A stretch of DNA of 44,254 nucleotides from a virus. The DNA is taken from UHGV virus genome UHGV-1376702; one strand, written 5' to 3'. The translations under genes and the position numbers were made by a program. Below the pieces are notes generated by a model. That model ran no database searches. It saw nothing but the letters and a program-made list of their open reading frames with translations, and was not told where the DNA came from. Below are positions 17,797-26,273 of this stretch, one piece after another; position 1 is the first letter of the stretch, and every line of letters starts with the position of its first letter.

Positions 17797-18242
17797 CAGG
17801 TTGTATTGACCACGGACAGAAGGGAAGCACTTGCCGAGGAAAGGGCGCTGGGTATGGCCGCTCCAGATTTGACGGGAAGACAACTGGCAGCCACCGCAAA
17901 GCATACTGTGTAGCTCACAACTTGAAGCTGAGCGATATCGCGGGACTTGTAGTCCGGCATTCGTGCGACAATCCTCGGTGCATAAATCCGGAGCACCTGC
18001 TACTAGGGACTTCTAGCGATAATATGCAGGACCGAAATAAAGGTGCGCGTAATTTGCTGGGCAGCCGCAACCCTGCTGCCAGACTTACCCCAGAAGACGT
18101 GCACAGCATACGAGAAGCATACGCTGGCGGTGAGACCCAGGTATCTATAGCGAGACGCTTCGGGACAAGTCAAGGATACATATCTAATATCATAAAGGGG
18201 AGGGTATGGAATGAGCAGAAGCATCCTGATAACGGATTATGA
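17793..18242 (+). CDS. HNH homing endonuclease
   Basis: Motifs CIDHG, HR, VRHSCDNPRCINPEHLLLGT...N; track start 17787 is TTG, ATG at 17793 is more likely. Confidence 0.8.
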   Translation: MTGCIDHGQKGSTCRGKGAGYGRSRFDGKTTGSHRKAYCVAHNLKLSDIAGLVVRHSCDNPRCINPEHLLLGTSSDNMQDRNKGARNLLGSRNPAARLTPEDVHSIREAYAGGETQVSIARRFGTSQGYISNIIKGRVWNEQKHPDNGL

Positions 18243-20610
18243 GACGCAAAACCACCCATATTACGGTAGTGTTGCTTCCCCGTACTGTCCGGATAATTAC
18301 ATCGTAGAATCAGCGTGGCGTATTGACCGCACGCACGATGACGGTACGGTAGAAGTAGGCCCCGTAGAGAGTGTACGGTATAACAGTCGCGCGCACTTTG
18401 AAGCGGCACCTGTATCAGAATGGCTCCCAATACCAGCTGACTGTTGGCTGATTGTGGCTCACAACGCCGCATATGAGATTAGCTGGTTCCTAACCTTTGC
18501 GCGCGCCGAGTTTGAGGCCTTCCTAAAGCGGGGAGGTCGCGTATTCTGTACGATGCATTCTGAGTACATCGCCTCGGACTTTCAGAGCATGTATCCGTCG
18601 CTGGACGAGACGGCTCCTAAGTACGGTGGTACGCACAAAGTAGACGGGGTTAAGCTTCTGTGGGAGCAGGGTGTGCTAACTTCCCAGATTGACCCGATGC
18701 TGCTGCATGACTACCTGGTTAACGGGGACATCCCGAACACGGCCCTGTGCTTCTACGGCCAGTGCGCTACGTTCGCCCAGCGCAATCAGATGCAGTACGT
18801 GTGGGAGCGTATGGATGCCTTGCTGGCTTGGGCGTACTGCGAATGGTTCGGCCTGTTCGTTAATATGCCAATTGCACGCAAGAACCAGGAGGAGCAGGAG
18901 CAGCGCATCCGTGAGATTAAGCAGGAACTGCAGCAGTACATCCCGAAGGACTTACCAGAGACGCTAGATTTCAACTTCGGGTCGGACTTCCATATGTCAG
19001 CACTGGTGTACGGCGGGCCTATCAAGTACCGCAAGAAGGTGCCATATGACCCGCCGCAGTACGTCAAGGCCGACTTCTATAAGTACGAGGACGGAGAGGG
19101 TGCGCACACCTATATACCTGTACACGACACGCACATGCAAGAACTTCAAACGGAAGGCGGATGGTGGCGTGTAGTGACATATCGTGCGGGTAAGAACAAG
19201 GGGCTACCCAAAGTATTCCGCCTAGACACCGAGGAGGAGAAGCTAAAGTGGGAAGATGACCTTTACTTCTGCCCGGGCCTAGTGAACATACAGGAGCTGC
19301 CGGAAGTTATCCGGGAGAAGTATGCAGAGCGTGGAGAGTTCCGACAGGCGCGCACCATGCAGGACGGTACGCCAGTATACAGCACCAGCACTGACGCAAT
19401 GGAGGCGCTAGCCCGCCAAGGGTTCGAGTTCTGTAAGTTGGTGAATGAGCTGGCGGCGCTGGAGAAGGACACTGGAACTTACTACTTGCGTGAAGTTCTG
19501 GACGCAGAGGGTAAAGTCAAAGAGCGGAAGGGTATGTTACAGTACGTAATCCCTGAGCGTCCTGATGGTTCTGGCATCATACACCACCGACTGAATACAT
19601 GCGCCACCGTAACCGGGCGCCTGAGTAGCTCTAACCCGAACCTGCAGAACCTACCCCGACCGGATGAAGACGGGGATGGGGTAGCTAAATCCAAGGTGAA
19701 GCAGGTATTCACCAGCCGATTCGGGGATAACGGACGCATCACTGAGGTTGACTACTCGGCGCTGGAAGTGGTTATGTCCTGTGTGCATACGGGGGACACC
19801 AAACTACTGGGGCTGCTGCAGGGCGGCACGGATATGCACTGTTACCGCCTAGCTTTCCGCGAGGAACTGCCGTATGAAGAAGTGTATGAGCGCTGCCACA
19901 ACAAGAAGCACGAGCTGCATCCGCTTTGGAAGGCAATGCGTACAGGTATTAAGGCTCCTAGCTTCGCAGCCCAGTATGGCGCTACGGCTAAGGGGATTGC
20001 GTTTGCTACTGGATGTACGGTGGAATTCGCACAGGCTTTCTTGGACAACGAGGCTGCGCTGTTCCCGCAAACAATTGGCTTCCGCGCTGTTATCAAGGAA
20101 GAAGTAGAGCGCACCGGGGCAGCCGGGCGCATGTACCGCGAGCAGGCTGACGATGGCAGCTACCGAGTCTACCGCATCGGGACGTGGACTAGCCCAGCAG
20201 GTGCCCGCTATAGCTTCCGCCAGAAGGAGCAGTGGAAAGAGGTTGTGCCTGGGCAGCGTAAGCAGAAGGTAATGGACTACAAGGAAACAGAGATGGCTAA
20301 CTACTGGTGCCAGGGGGAAGCATTCTTCCTGATGGCGGTAGCCGCCGGTATGGTTCTGCGTGCACTCCTGGCCCGTGACTGGTTCGACAATCAGGTGTGC
20401 CTGATTACGAACGTGCACGATGCGTTGTATCTGGACAGCGCCAACCCGGAGGTTGGACGTGAGGCGAGCCTGCTGGTTAAGCAGTGCATGGAGGATGCAC
20501 CTAAGCGTATTCACCAGCTCTGGCCTAACTACGGCATCATTGGTGAGGTCCCGTTCCCAGCAGAGGCTGAGATGGGTACGAGTATGTACAGTAAGGAGAA
20601 GGTAGAATGA
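18211..20610 (+). CDS. DNA polymerase, family A (T7 gp5-like) with 3'-5' exonuclease domain
   Basis: 799 aa; exo motif ILITDYETQN; pol motif A (EVDYSALEVV), motif B (R..IKAPSFAAQYG), motif C (VHDALY); TGRLSSSNPNLQNLP. Confidence 0.9.
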   Translation: MSRSILITDYETQNHPYYGSVASPYCPDNYIVESAWRIDRTHDDGTVEVGPVESVRYNSRAHFEAAPVSEWLPIPADCWLIVAHNAAYEISWFLTFARAEFEAFLKRGGRVFCTMHSEYIASDFQSMYPSLDETAPKYGGTHKVDGVKLLWEQGVLTSQIDPMLLHDYLVNGDIPNTALCFYGQCATFAQRNQMQYVWERMDALLAWAYCEWFGLFVNMPIARKNQEEQEQRIREIKQELQQYIPKDLPETLDFNFGSDFHMSALVYGGPIKYRKKVPYDPPQYVKADFYKYEDGEGAHTYIPVHDTHMQELQTEGGWWRVVTYRAGKNKGLPKVFRLDTEEEKLKWEDDLYFCPGLVNIQELPEVIREKYAERGEFRQARTMQDGTPVYSTSTDAMEALARQGFEFCKLVNELAALEKDTGTYYLREVLDAEGKVKERKGMLQYVIPERPDGSGIIHHRLNTCATVTGRLSSSNPNLQNLPRPDEDGDGVAKSKVKQVFTSRFGDNGRITEVDYSALEVVMSCVHTGDTKLLGLLQGGTDMHCYRLAFREELPYEEVYERCHNKKHELHPLWKAMRTGIKAPSFAAQYGATAKGIAFATGCTVEFAQAFLDNEAALFPQTIGFRAVIKEEVERTGAAGRMYREQADDGSYRVYRIGTWTSPAGARYSFRQKEQWKEVVPGQRKQKVMDYKETEMANYWCQGEAFFLMAVAAGMVLRALLARDWFDNQVCLITNVHDALYLDSANPEVGREASLLVKQCMEDAPKRIHQLWPNYGIIGEVPFPAEAEMGTSMYSKEKVE

Positions 20611-20828
20611 GTATAAAGTCTGGCAGTGTTGTGGAGTTGATGGACCTGGGGCCTGAGCCGATAGACCCGCGGTATGCAGCATACTTCGCCCCGGGTACGA
20701 GGCACACGGTTATGTTCTTCGACCCGGTTACTGGGGAGATAGAACTAAGTTATCCTGGACTAGTAGTAAGTAGACCGGGGGATGGTGTTACCTTCTTCCC
20801 GGGGGAGTACAAGCTTATCGTGGAATAG
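20607..20828 (+). CDS. hypothetical small protein
   Basis: 73-aa ORF overlapping the DNA polymerase stop (ATGA). Confidence 0.4.
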   Translation: MSIKSGSVVELMDLGPEPIDPRYAAYFAPGTRHTVMFFDPVTGEIELSYPGLVVSRPGDGVTFFPGEYKLIVE

Positions 20829-20931
20829 TGATAGGTGGACCCTTGGGTGGTGTAGGGGGTTAGGGTAGCATGGAAATACACTGGGGTCAACTAAATAATT
20901 AAATAAAATTATTTGTTGACTCTAGCTTGAT

Positions 20932-20946
20932 TCTGTGATTCACAGA
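20932..20946. promoter_or_regulatory. perfect 15-bp palindrome TCTGTGA-T-TCACAGA (operator-like)
   Basis: Read directly; lies in the 160-bp intergenic region upstream of HNH gene 20990, next to a TTGACT hexamer and an A+T-rich tract. Confidence 0.3.
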
Positions 20947-20989
20947 GAATTAATGTGATACGAGTAGGAACAACACAAGAGGATACCGA

Positions 20990-21424
20990 ATGTCGATGTG
21001 TATTGACCACGGGTATAACAAATGCCTTAACAAGAACGGATACCGCCGGGCATGGTATAAGCCGACCAGGCGATTGGAGCTGCTGCATCGGGTGGTGTAT
21101 GCTGAGCATAACGGGCTGGATATAAGGGCGCTGGCTGGCCTGTCTGTTAGACATACCTGCGATAACCCCAGGTGCATTAACCCTAAGCACTTAGTATTGG
21201 GAACGCATATGGATAATATGCGGGACCGTGCAGAGCGCGGAAGGAACCCAGATGTGCGTGGGGATAGGAACCCAAAAGCGCAGTTAACTTGGGATGCTGT
21301 GCAGGATATCAGGGATAACTATATCCCATACAAGAAAGGTATGCGGCAACACTTTGCTAATAAGTACGGTGTAGGTGTACATGTAATTAGTGACGTAATA
21401 AGTAACAGGAGCTGGAATGCCTAA
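20990..21424 (+). CDS. HNH homing endonuclease
   Basis: 144 aa; RBS AAGAGGA; motifs CIDHG, HR, VRHTCDNPRCINPKHLVLGT...N. Confidence 0.8.
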   Translation: MSMCIDHGYNKCLNKNGYRRAWYKPTRRLELLHRVVYAEHNGLDIRALAGLSVRHTCDNPRCINPKHLVLGTHMDNMRDRAERGRNPDVRGDRNPKAQLTWDAVQDIRDNYIPYKKGMRQHFANKYGVGVHVISDVISNRSWNA

Positions 21425-22397
21425 GTTAAACACAATAAAGCTATTCACCAAAGAGCAACACATAGATATCTTGAGCAAGCACAGCTCTAACGTGGATGCT
21501 GCTGCCGCCTATAATAAGCTGGCGGGACTGGACGAGCCAGTGGTGTATCGACAGATGGTGAAGTACTGGCGCAGCATATTCCTAGACCACGCTGGGAGCA
21601 AGGGTAAGGCAATATCACACATGAAGGAGGCACTAAAGCTCATACAGCCCAGTCCCACTGATGACATCGGCAAAACCTTCGTGCCGGAAGTGTGCCACCG
21701 TATTCTCGTAGTTGGGGATTTGCATGCCCCCTATACGCACGTAGATGCTATGGCCTTCTTAGAATCTGTGCGAGACGCCTACTGTCCGGACATGGTTGTA
21801 CAGGTAGGCGACGAGACGGACGGCCACGCTATATCATTCCACGAAAGTAACCCGAACCTGGATAGCGCCGGGGTGGAGCTGGAGAAAGCTAAGCTCGTAC
21901 TGGAGGAGCTACATGAACTGTTCCCGAACCTATTGGTTTGCGATTCCAATCACGGCAGTCTGGTTTACCGCAGGGCGAAAGCTCACGGGCTACCAGTGCA
22001 ATTCATCAAGAAGTACCGAGATATACTTTTCCCTGAACATGGTGCCCCGGCGTGGTCTTGGGCTGACGCGTGGGTACTCAATACCCCACTTGGCCCGGTT
22101 AGATTCCAGCATCAAGTGTCGGGTGACTTCATGCTCAACGCTAGCCACGAAAGAACCAGCCTTGTCCTTGGTCACGAACATGGTCGCTTTGAGGTGCAAT
22201 ATGCAGCTAGCTCAACAGCTTTGTACTTTGGTGCGTATGCTGGGTGTCTGATTGACCGTAAGAGCATGGCCTTTGCTTACGGCAGACTCACCCGCAAGAA
22301 ACCAATCCTGGGTGTGATGGTAATCACCGAGGGTTGCCCGCAGTTAATTCCGATGCTGCTTGACGACGATGGTCGTTGGGTTGGTCGTACTAAATAA
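21417..22397 (+). CDS. calcineurin-like metallophosphoesterase
   Basis: 326 aa; GDLH ... GDETD ... CDSNHG motifs in canonical order (GDxH, GDxxD, GNH). Confidence 0.6.
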   Translation: MPKLNTIKLFTKEQHIDILSKHSSNVDAAAAYNKLAGLDEPVVYRQMVKYWRSIFLDHAGSKGKAISHMKEALKLIQPSPTDDIGKTFVPEVCHRILVVGDLHAPYTHVDAMAFLESVRDAYCPDMVVQVGDETDGHAISFHESNPNLDSAGVELEKAKLVLEELHELFPNLLVCDSNHGSLVYRRAKAHGLPVQFIKKYRDILFPEHGAPAWSWADAWVLNTPLGPVRFQHQVSGDFMLNASHERTSLVLGHEHGRFEVQYAASSTALYFGAYAGCLIDRKSMAFAYGRLTRKKPILGVMVITEGCPQLIPMLLDDDGRWVGRTK

Positions 22398-22407
22398 CAC
22401 AGAGGTG

Positions 22408-22578
22408 ATGATGAAAATGGGAATCTGTTCTGTACTGGGCCTTATCTTTGTAACCTTGAAACTGACTGGCGTTATCGCCTGGTCCTGGTTGTGGGTGCTG
22501 CTCCCGTTCTGGGGGCCTATGGCACTCGGCGTAATCCTAGTGTTCTTGGCGGTGGCCCTCAAAGCTGCCTCCCGCTAA
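22408..22578 (+). CDS. small membrane protein (two predicted TMDs)
   Basis: Start refined to ATG 22408/22411 (RBS AGAGG); about 56 aa; hydrophobic segments ICSVLGLIFVTL and MALGVILVFLAVAL. Confidence 0.4.
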   Translation: MMKMGICSVLGLIFVTLKLTGVIAWSWLWVLLPFWGPMALGVILVFLAVALKAASR

Positions 22579-22629
22579 GCCCTGCATCTGCACGTAAATA
22601 TCATTCAAACTAAACGAGGAAGTAATTAT

Positions 22630-23418
22630 ATGACGATGAATGCACTGGACACCCTGAACTCCCTGGTAGCGGCTGCTATTGAAACGCAGGATGTTGATAT
22701 GACTGAAACCGCACAGGGCGGTGCGTATGAGGACGCGCTGCTGCCGAAGGGTGAATACTACGGCTACTTCACCGAGTACGTAGAAATCGGTAAGCGCCTG
22801 CCGACTAAGGGTGGCAAGCCGACCGGTAAGCCCGCAGTAGCTAACGTACGCATCGGCATTGTAGTGTTCGGTCCTAACGGCGAAGTGAAGCGTATCCGCC
22901 CGTTCCCGATGGCTATCAGTAACTTTGAGCGCGCAGGCTTCAAGAAGTTCTTCGACAAGCTCAACTACGACAATAGCATTAAGCATGCAGCACAGCGTCT
23001 GGGCCAGGCCTTCACCTTCCCGATTGATGAGCACACCAGCGCCGCGGGCAAGAAGTCCAACATCGTGGACCTGTCCGGTATCCGCCCGATTCCGAAATTC
23101 GACCCGAACACTGGCGAGCCTATCAAGATGCCTGCCATGGATGCCTCTGAGATTAAGCTGTTCCTGTGGAACAACCCAACCAAAGAGACCTGGGATAGCC
23201 TGCACATCGAAGGCACCTTCGACGATGGTAAGAGCAAGAACTGGATTCAGGAGGATATGTACAAGGCTGTAGACTTCCCTGGCAGTGCTCTGGATATTCT
23301 GCTGAACGCTGGCTCGGTTCCTAGTCCGGCAGCTATGCAGGCACCCGCAGCCCCGGCTGCACCAGTGGCCCCTGCAGCCCCTGTGGCGCCAGCAGCACCC
23401 GCCGCACCTCAAGCCTAA
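22630..23418 (+). CDS. hypothetical protein with Pro/Ala-repeat C-terminal tail
   Basis: 262 aa; RBS GAGGAAG; C-terminus APAAPAAPVAPAAPVAPAAPAAPQA. Confidence 0.5.
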   Translation: MTMNALDTLNSLVAAAIETQDVDMTETAQGGAYEDALLPKGEYYGYFTEYVEIGKRLPTKGGKPTGKPAVANVRIGIVVFGPNGEVKRIRPFPMAISNFERAGFKKFFDKLNYDNSIKHAAQRLGQAFTFPIDEHTSAAGKKSNIVDLSGIRPIPKFDPNTGEPIKMPAMDASEIKLFLWNNPTKETWDSLHIEGTFDDGKSKNWIQEDMYKAVDFPGSALDILLNAGSVPSPAAMQAPAAPAAPVAPAAPVAPAAPAAPQA

Positions 23419-23471
23419 TCAACCCTAACCTAAACTAATACGGCCCCTCCTAGGGGCCTTAGAGGAAGCCT

Positions 23472-23726
23472 ATGAGCATCATCAAGATTCTCATCAAACT
23501 CCTGAGCGCAGCCTACACAGCAGAAGCTAAACGCGCCGATGCCAAAGTGCAGTTTAACGAGCAGTTGTCAGTTAAATTCGCAGACGACGCAGTGCGTCTG
23601 GCCGCTCAATCCGAGGCGCGCGTAGAGGCATCCAAGCATAGCAAAGAGTTAGCCGAGGCGTGCGCTTGCCATGCTGATAACCTGCGCGCTAAGCGTGGTG
23701 AAGTAGCTAACTTCCTGGAGGTATAA
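23472..23726 (+). CDS. hypothetical protein (hydrophobic N-terminus)
   Basis: 84-aa ORF with RBS GAGGAAG. Confidence 0.4.
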   Translation: MSIIKILIKLLSAAYTAEAKRADAKVQFNEQLSVKFADDAVRLAAQSEARVEASKHSKELAEACACHADNLRAKRGEVANFLEV

Positions 23727-24005
23727 ATGCGCATAATCACATGGGCCAAAGAACAGTACGCTGTGTTTCTGCTTCTGCGTGCACAGCGTTTGCAGAAGCG
23801 AGCAAACGACTGGCACTGGGCAGCTAATTCTCACGCACACAGGGCAAGCCTTCTGGGTGCCGAGATTAGCGCACACCGCTATCACTTGACTCGCCAGTGC
23901 GCCAAGTCCCGACGCCGTGCATACGCCCTGGGTGCAGAGGCTACGGCCACTGAGACCAAAGCCCACAATTTCATTTCAAAACACAAATTGAAAGGATTTG
24001 ACTAA
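23727..24005 (+). CDS. hypothetical basic protein
   Basis: 92-aa ORF directly abutting the previous stop; Arg/His/Lys-rich. Confidence 0.4.
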   Translation: MRIITWAKEQYAVFLLLRAQRLQKRANDWHWAANSHAHRASLLGAEISAHRYHLTRQCAKSRRRAYALGAEATATETKAHNFISKHKLKGFD

Positions 24006-24379
24006 TGGACAAAGTACTAGACGCATACAAGAAACTGGTTCTGGCTGTAGGTTACGTGAACTGTAGCGCCGTTCAAGGTTTCGACAATGGTGACCAGCTC
24101 GGCGCTGTGTACGATGCTCTGGACAAGCTGGCGGCCCTGTACGGCATGGACCTGGAGTTGGCTGCTACCGCCTTCAAGGAGCACAATGACCTGGCGGCAC
24201 ATGCCGATAAGTTACGGGGTGATGACCTAGTGCTTATCCGCATTGTGGGTACCCTAAGCATCGGGCTGGCGGAGATTGGTTCCTGCATCTACGACGTAGA
24301 CCAGAGCCTGCGTACCACGGAAGTAATCGGGGACATGCTTGGCACCGTGTTGGTGCTATCTGAACTGGAGGGTATATAA
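24005..24379 (+). CDS. hypothetical protein
   Basis: 124-aa ORF; start overlaps previous stop. Confidence 0.45.
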   Translation: MDKVLDAYKKLVLAVGYVNCSAVQGFDNGDQLGAVYDALDKLAALYGMDLELAATAFKEHNDLAAHADKLRGDDLVLIRIVGTLSIGLAEIGSCIYDVDQSLRTTEVIGDMLGTVLVLSELEGI

Positions 24380-24540
24380 TGCGTAAATTTATATCCTACA
24401 TAATTTCAGTCCCAGCACTGGTACTACTTGCAATCAGCTTGATGCTAATGGCGCTGGCGCTCAGTGTAGCCGGAGGCTCTAAGGGCGTGGCTATGCTGGG
24501 CCGTGCAATCCATGCTTTTACTGACCACTTAAAGGTGTAG
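24379..24540 (+). CDS. small membrane protein (about 53 aa)
   Basis: Not in the ORF track (under 60 aa); ATG after GGAGGG; single hydrophobic helix ISVPALVLLAISLMLMALALSVA. Confidence 0.3.
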   Translation: MRKFISYIISVPALVLLAISLMLMALALSVAGGSKGVAMLGRAIHAFTDHLKV

Positions 24541-24543
24541 AGA

Positions 24544-24706
24544 ATGCGTAACTTCTTTGCAAAATCATTTTACTTCCTGTTAGTAGCCCCGCTAGTGCCT
24601 GTAGCTATCCTGTGCTGGGCATTTGAGAAGGTAGAAAACAGTCAGGCGCTGACCGCCTGGGAATCCTGGGCGCGTAAGTTGACCAAGAAGGTTACGGGGG
24701 TCTGAT
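24544..24706 (+). CDS. small membrane protein (about 53 aa)
   Basis: Not in the ORF track; hydrophobic segment FYFLLVAPLVPVAILCWAF; stop overlaps the exonuclease start. Confidence 0.3.
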
Positions 24707-25673
24707 GATTATCAACGGGGTTGACTTGTCCCAGCTCGGGGAGCAGTTAGCTCCGCAGAACTCTGGGAAGATTCTGCTGTACGACGCGGATTTCACAGTT
24801 TATAAATCTGCTGCTACAGTGAAACGTTTGGATACCGCGATACGCCGCTTCTATCAGCTGGTGCTTGAGGACATGTTCCTGGTCGGCTGCTCAGAAGCAG
24901 TGGCGTATCTGACGCCTACGGGGTGTGCTAAGTGCCTGCGCTGGCACCTGCCTACGGCTAAGCCGTACCAAGGGAACCGCAATAAGCGTCAGGAGCTGCC
25001 ACTCAAGGCACCGTTGAAGCGGCACCTGATTGAGAACCCGGACCAGTATTCTGAGCATGGCATACAAGTGGTAAGCAGTGACTACTTTGAGGCCGACGAC
25101 CTATTTGTAATGGATTCGTACAGCTTCGGGGGCCGGGGAATCCTGATGTCACAGGACAAGGATTCTTGGCTCAGCCCTATGGCTCGGTTCGATATCCCTA
25201 CCGGAACCGTGTGGCCTGCCTTGGATAACCCATTCGGCTGGATTAAGTGGGATGATACCCAGGCTATGCCGGTACGAGCGCATGGCACTAAGTTCTTCTG
25301 GTGGCAAATGCTAGCAGGAGATGACGCAGATAACGTCAAAGGCATCACATTGCTTGATGGAAAGCTCTGTGGGAAGCGAACGGCCTTTGATGCTATCAAC
25401 CCTATTACCTCAGAGCAGGACGCCGCAGAATTCGTTGTAGCGGCCTATGCTCGAAACAACCAAGACGTACTCGCAGAGGCAGAATGCCTGTGGCTGAGGC
25501 GCTCCCAATCAGATTCAGCGTACCTGTATCTGATGTCACTGTTGACTACTCCCAGTCTGCGTGACTGGGTGCATTCTCTGCACGAGTACCATAAACAGCA
25601 CATACAGTGGATACAGGAGCACCCAGACAATGGCGAAGATGTCTGCGAAGGAGATGAGCCTGCGGGCGATTGA
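24705..25673 (+). CDS. 5'-3' exonuclease (T7 gp6 / FEN-like)
   Basis: 322 aa; acidic clusters in gp6-like order (LLYDADF, EADDLFVMDSY, SQDKD, GDDADNVKGIT); located after DNA polymerase. Confidence 0.65.
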   Translation: MIINGVDLSQLGEQLAPQNSGKILLYDADFTVYKSAATVKRLDTAIRRFYQLVLEDMFLVGCSEAVAYLTPTGCAKCLRWHLPTAKPYQGNRNKRQELPLKAPLKRHLIENPDQYSEHGIQVVSSDYFEADDLFVMDSYSFGGRGILMSQDKDSWLSPMARFDIPTGTVWPALDNPFGWIKWDDTQAMPVRAHGTKFFWWQMLAGDDADNVKGITLLDGKLCGKRTAFDAINPITSEQDAAEFVVAAYARNNQDVLAEAECLWLRRSQSDSAYLYLMSLLTTPSLRDWVHSLHEYHKQHIQWIQEHPDNGEDVCEGDEPAGD

Positions 25674-25830
25674 GTTATACTACGAGGGGAAACACGATGA
25701 ACTTGAAACTATTCTGGATGCGCTGCGTGAACGAGCACCCAAAACACATCGAAGAACGGTTGAGCATTTGGATTCTCTCATTCACGACAATGCTATGCTG
25801 GATGTAGTAGGGGAGATTCAGGTATGGTAA
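25630..25830 (+). CDS. hypothetical small protein
   Basis: In-frame ATG about 25630 with RBS AGGAGC; overlaps the exonuclease 3' end out of frame; stop overlaps the next HNH start. Confidence 0.3.
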   Translation: MAKMSAKEMSLRAIELYYEGKHDELETILDALRERAPKTHRRTVEHLDSLIHDNAMLDVVGEIQVW

Positions 25831-26273
25831 TGAACACACCTTGTATAGACCACGGTTGCAAAGGCATGGGCCTAGGCTACGCCACTGCTTGGTTTAGGGT
25901 GAACGGGGTTCGGAAGAGCACCACCAGGCACCGGATTGTATTCTATGCGGCACACGGATACTTCCCGGAGGTCGTAGAGCATGTATGCAACAACCCGCGC
26001 TGTATAAACGTGGAACATCTACGTGCAGGTACACATAAAAGTAACGCAGAATACAAGCACGCATGTGGGCGCGGTAATATAGAGGCGGCCACTAGGAAGG
26101 GCACGGATAATGGACGCGCTAAACTGGACGACTCCTTAGTGCGGTATCTCCGACAGATGTACGTGCCTAACGACCGAGAGTGGGGTGCGTCCGCTATAGC
26201 TAGGAGGTTAAATATGGGCGTTTCTAGTACACACAGAATGCTAACGGGGGCAGCATGGCGGCACGTCGTATAA
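25824..26273 (+). CDS. HNH homing endonuclease
   Basis: 149 aa; motifs CIDHG, HR, VCNNPRCINVEHLRAGT; same paralogue family. Confidence 0.75.
   Translation: MVMNTPCIDHGCKGMGLGYATAWFRVNGVRKSTTRHRIVFYAAHGYFPEVVEHVCNNPRCINVEHLRAGTHKSNAEYKHACGRGNIEAATRKGTDNGRAKLDDSLVRYLRQMYVPNDREWGASAIARRLNMGVSSTHRMLTGAAWRHVV

Noticed and set aside
19849-20682. 277-aa minus-strand ORF
   Set aside because: Lies entirely antisense to the well-supported DNA polymerase gene; composition is junk-like (Leu/Arg/Ser/Cys-rich); long antisense ORFs are expected in GC-rich coding DNA.
20932-20946. LexA (SOS) box
   Set aside because: The palindrome has CTGT and ACAG half-sites but only 5 nt between them instead of the 8 required; kept as an unassigned operator-like palindrome.
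20916-20953. sigma70 promoter upstream of HNH 20990
   Set aside because: TTGACT is present but no acceptable -10 hexamer lies at 16-18 bp spacing (TTCACA or TAATGT only); not reported as a feature.
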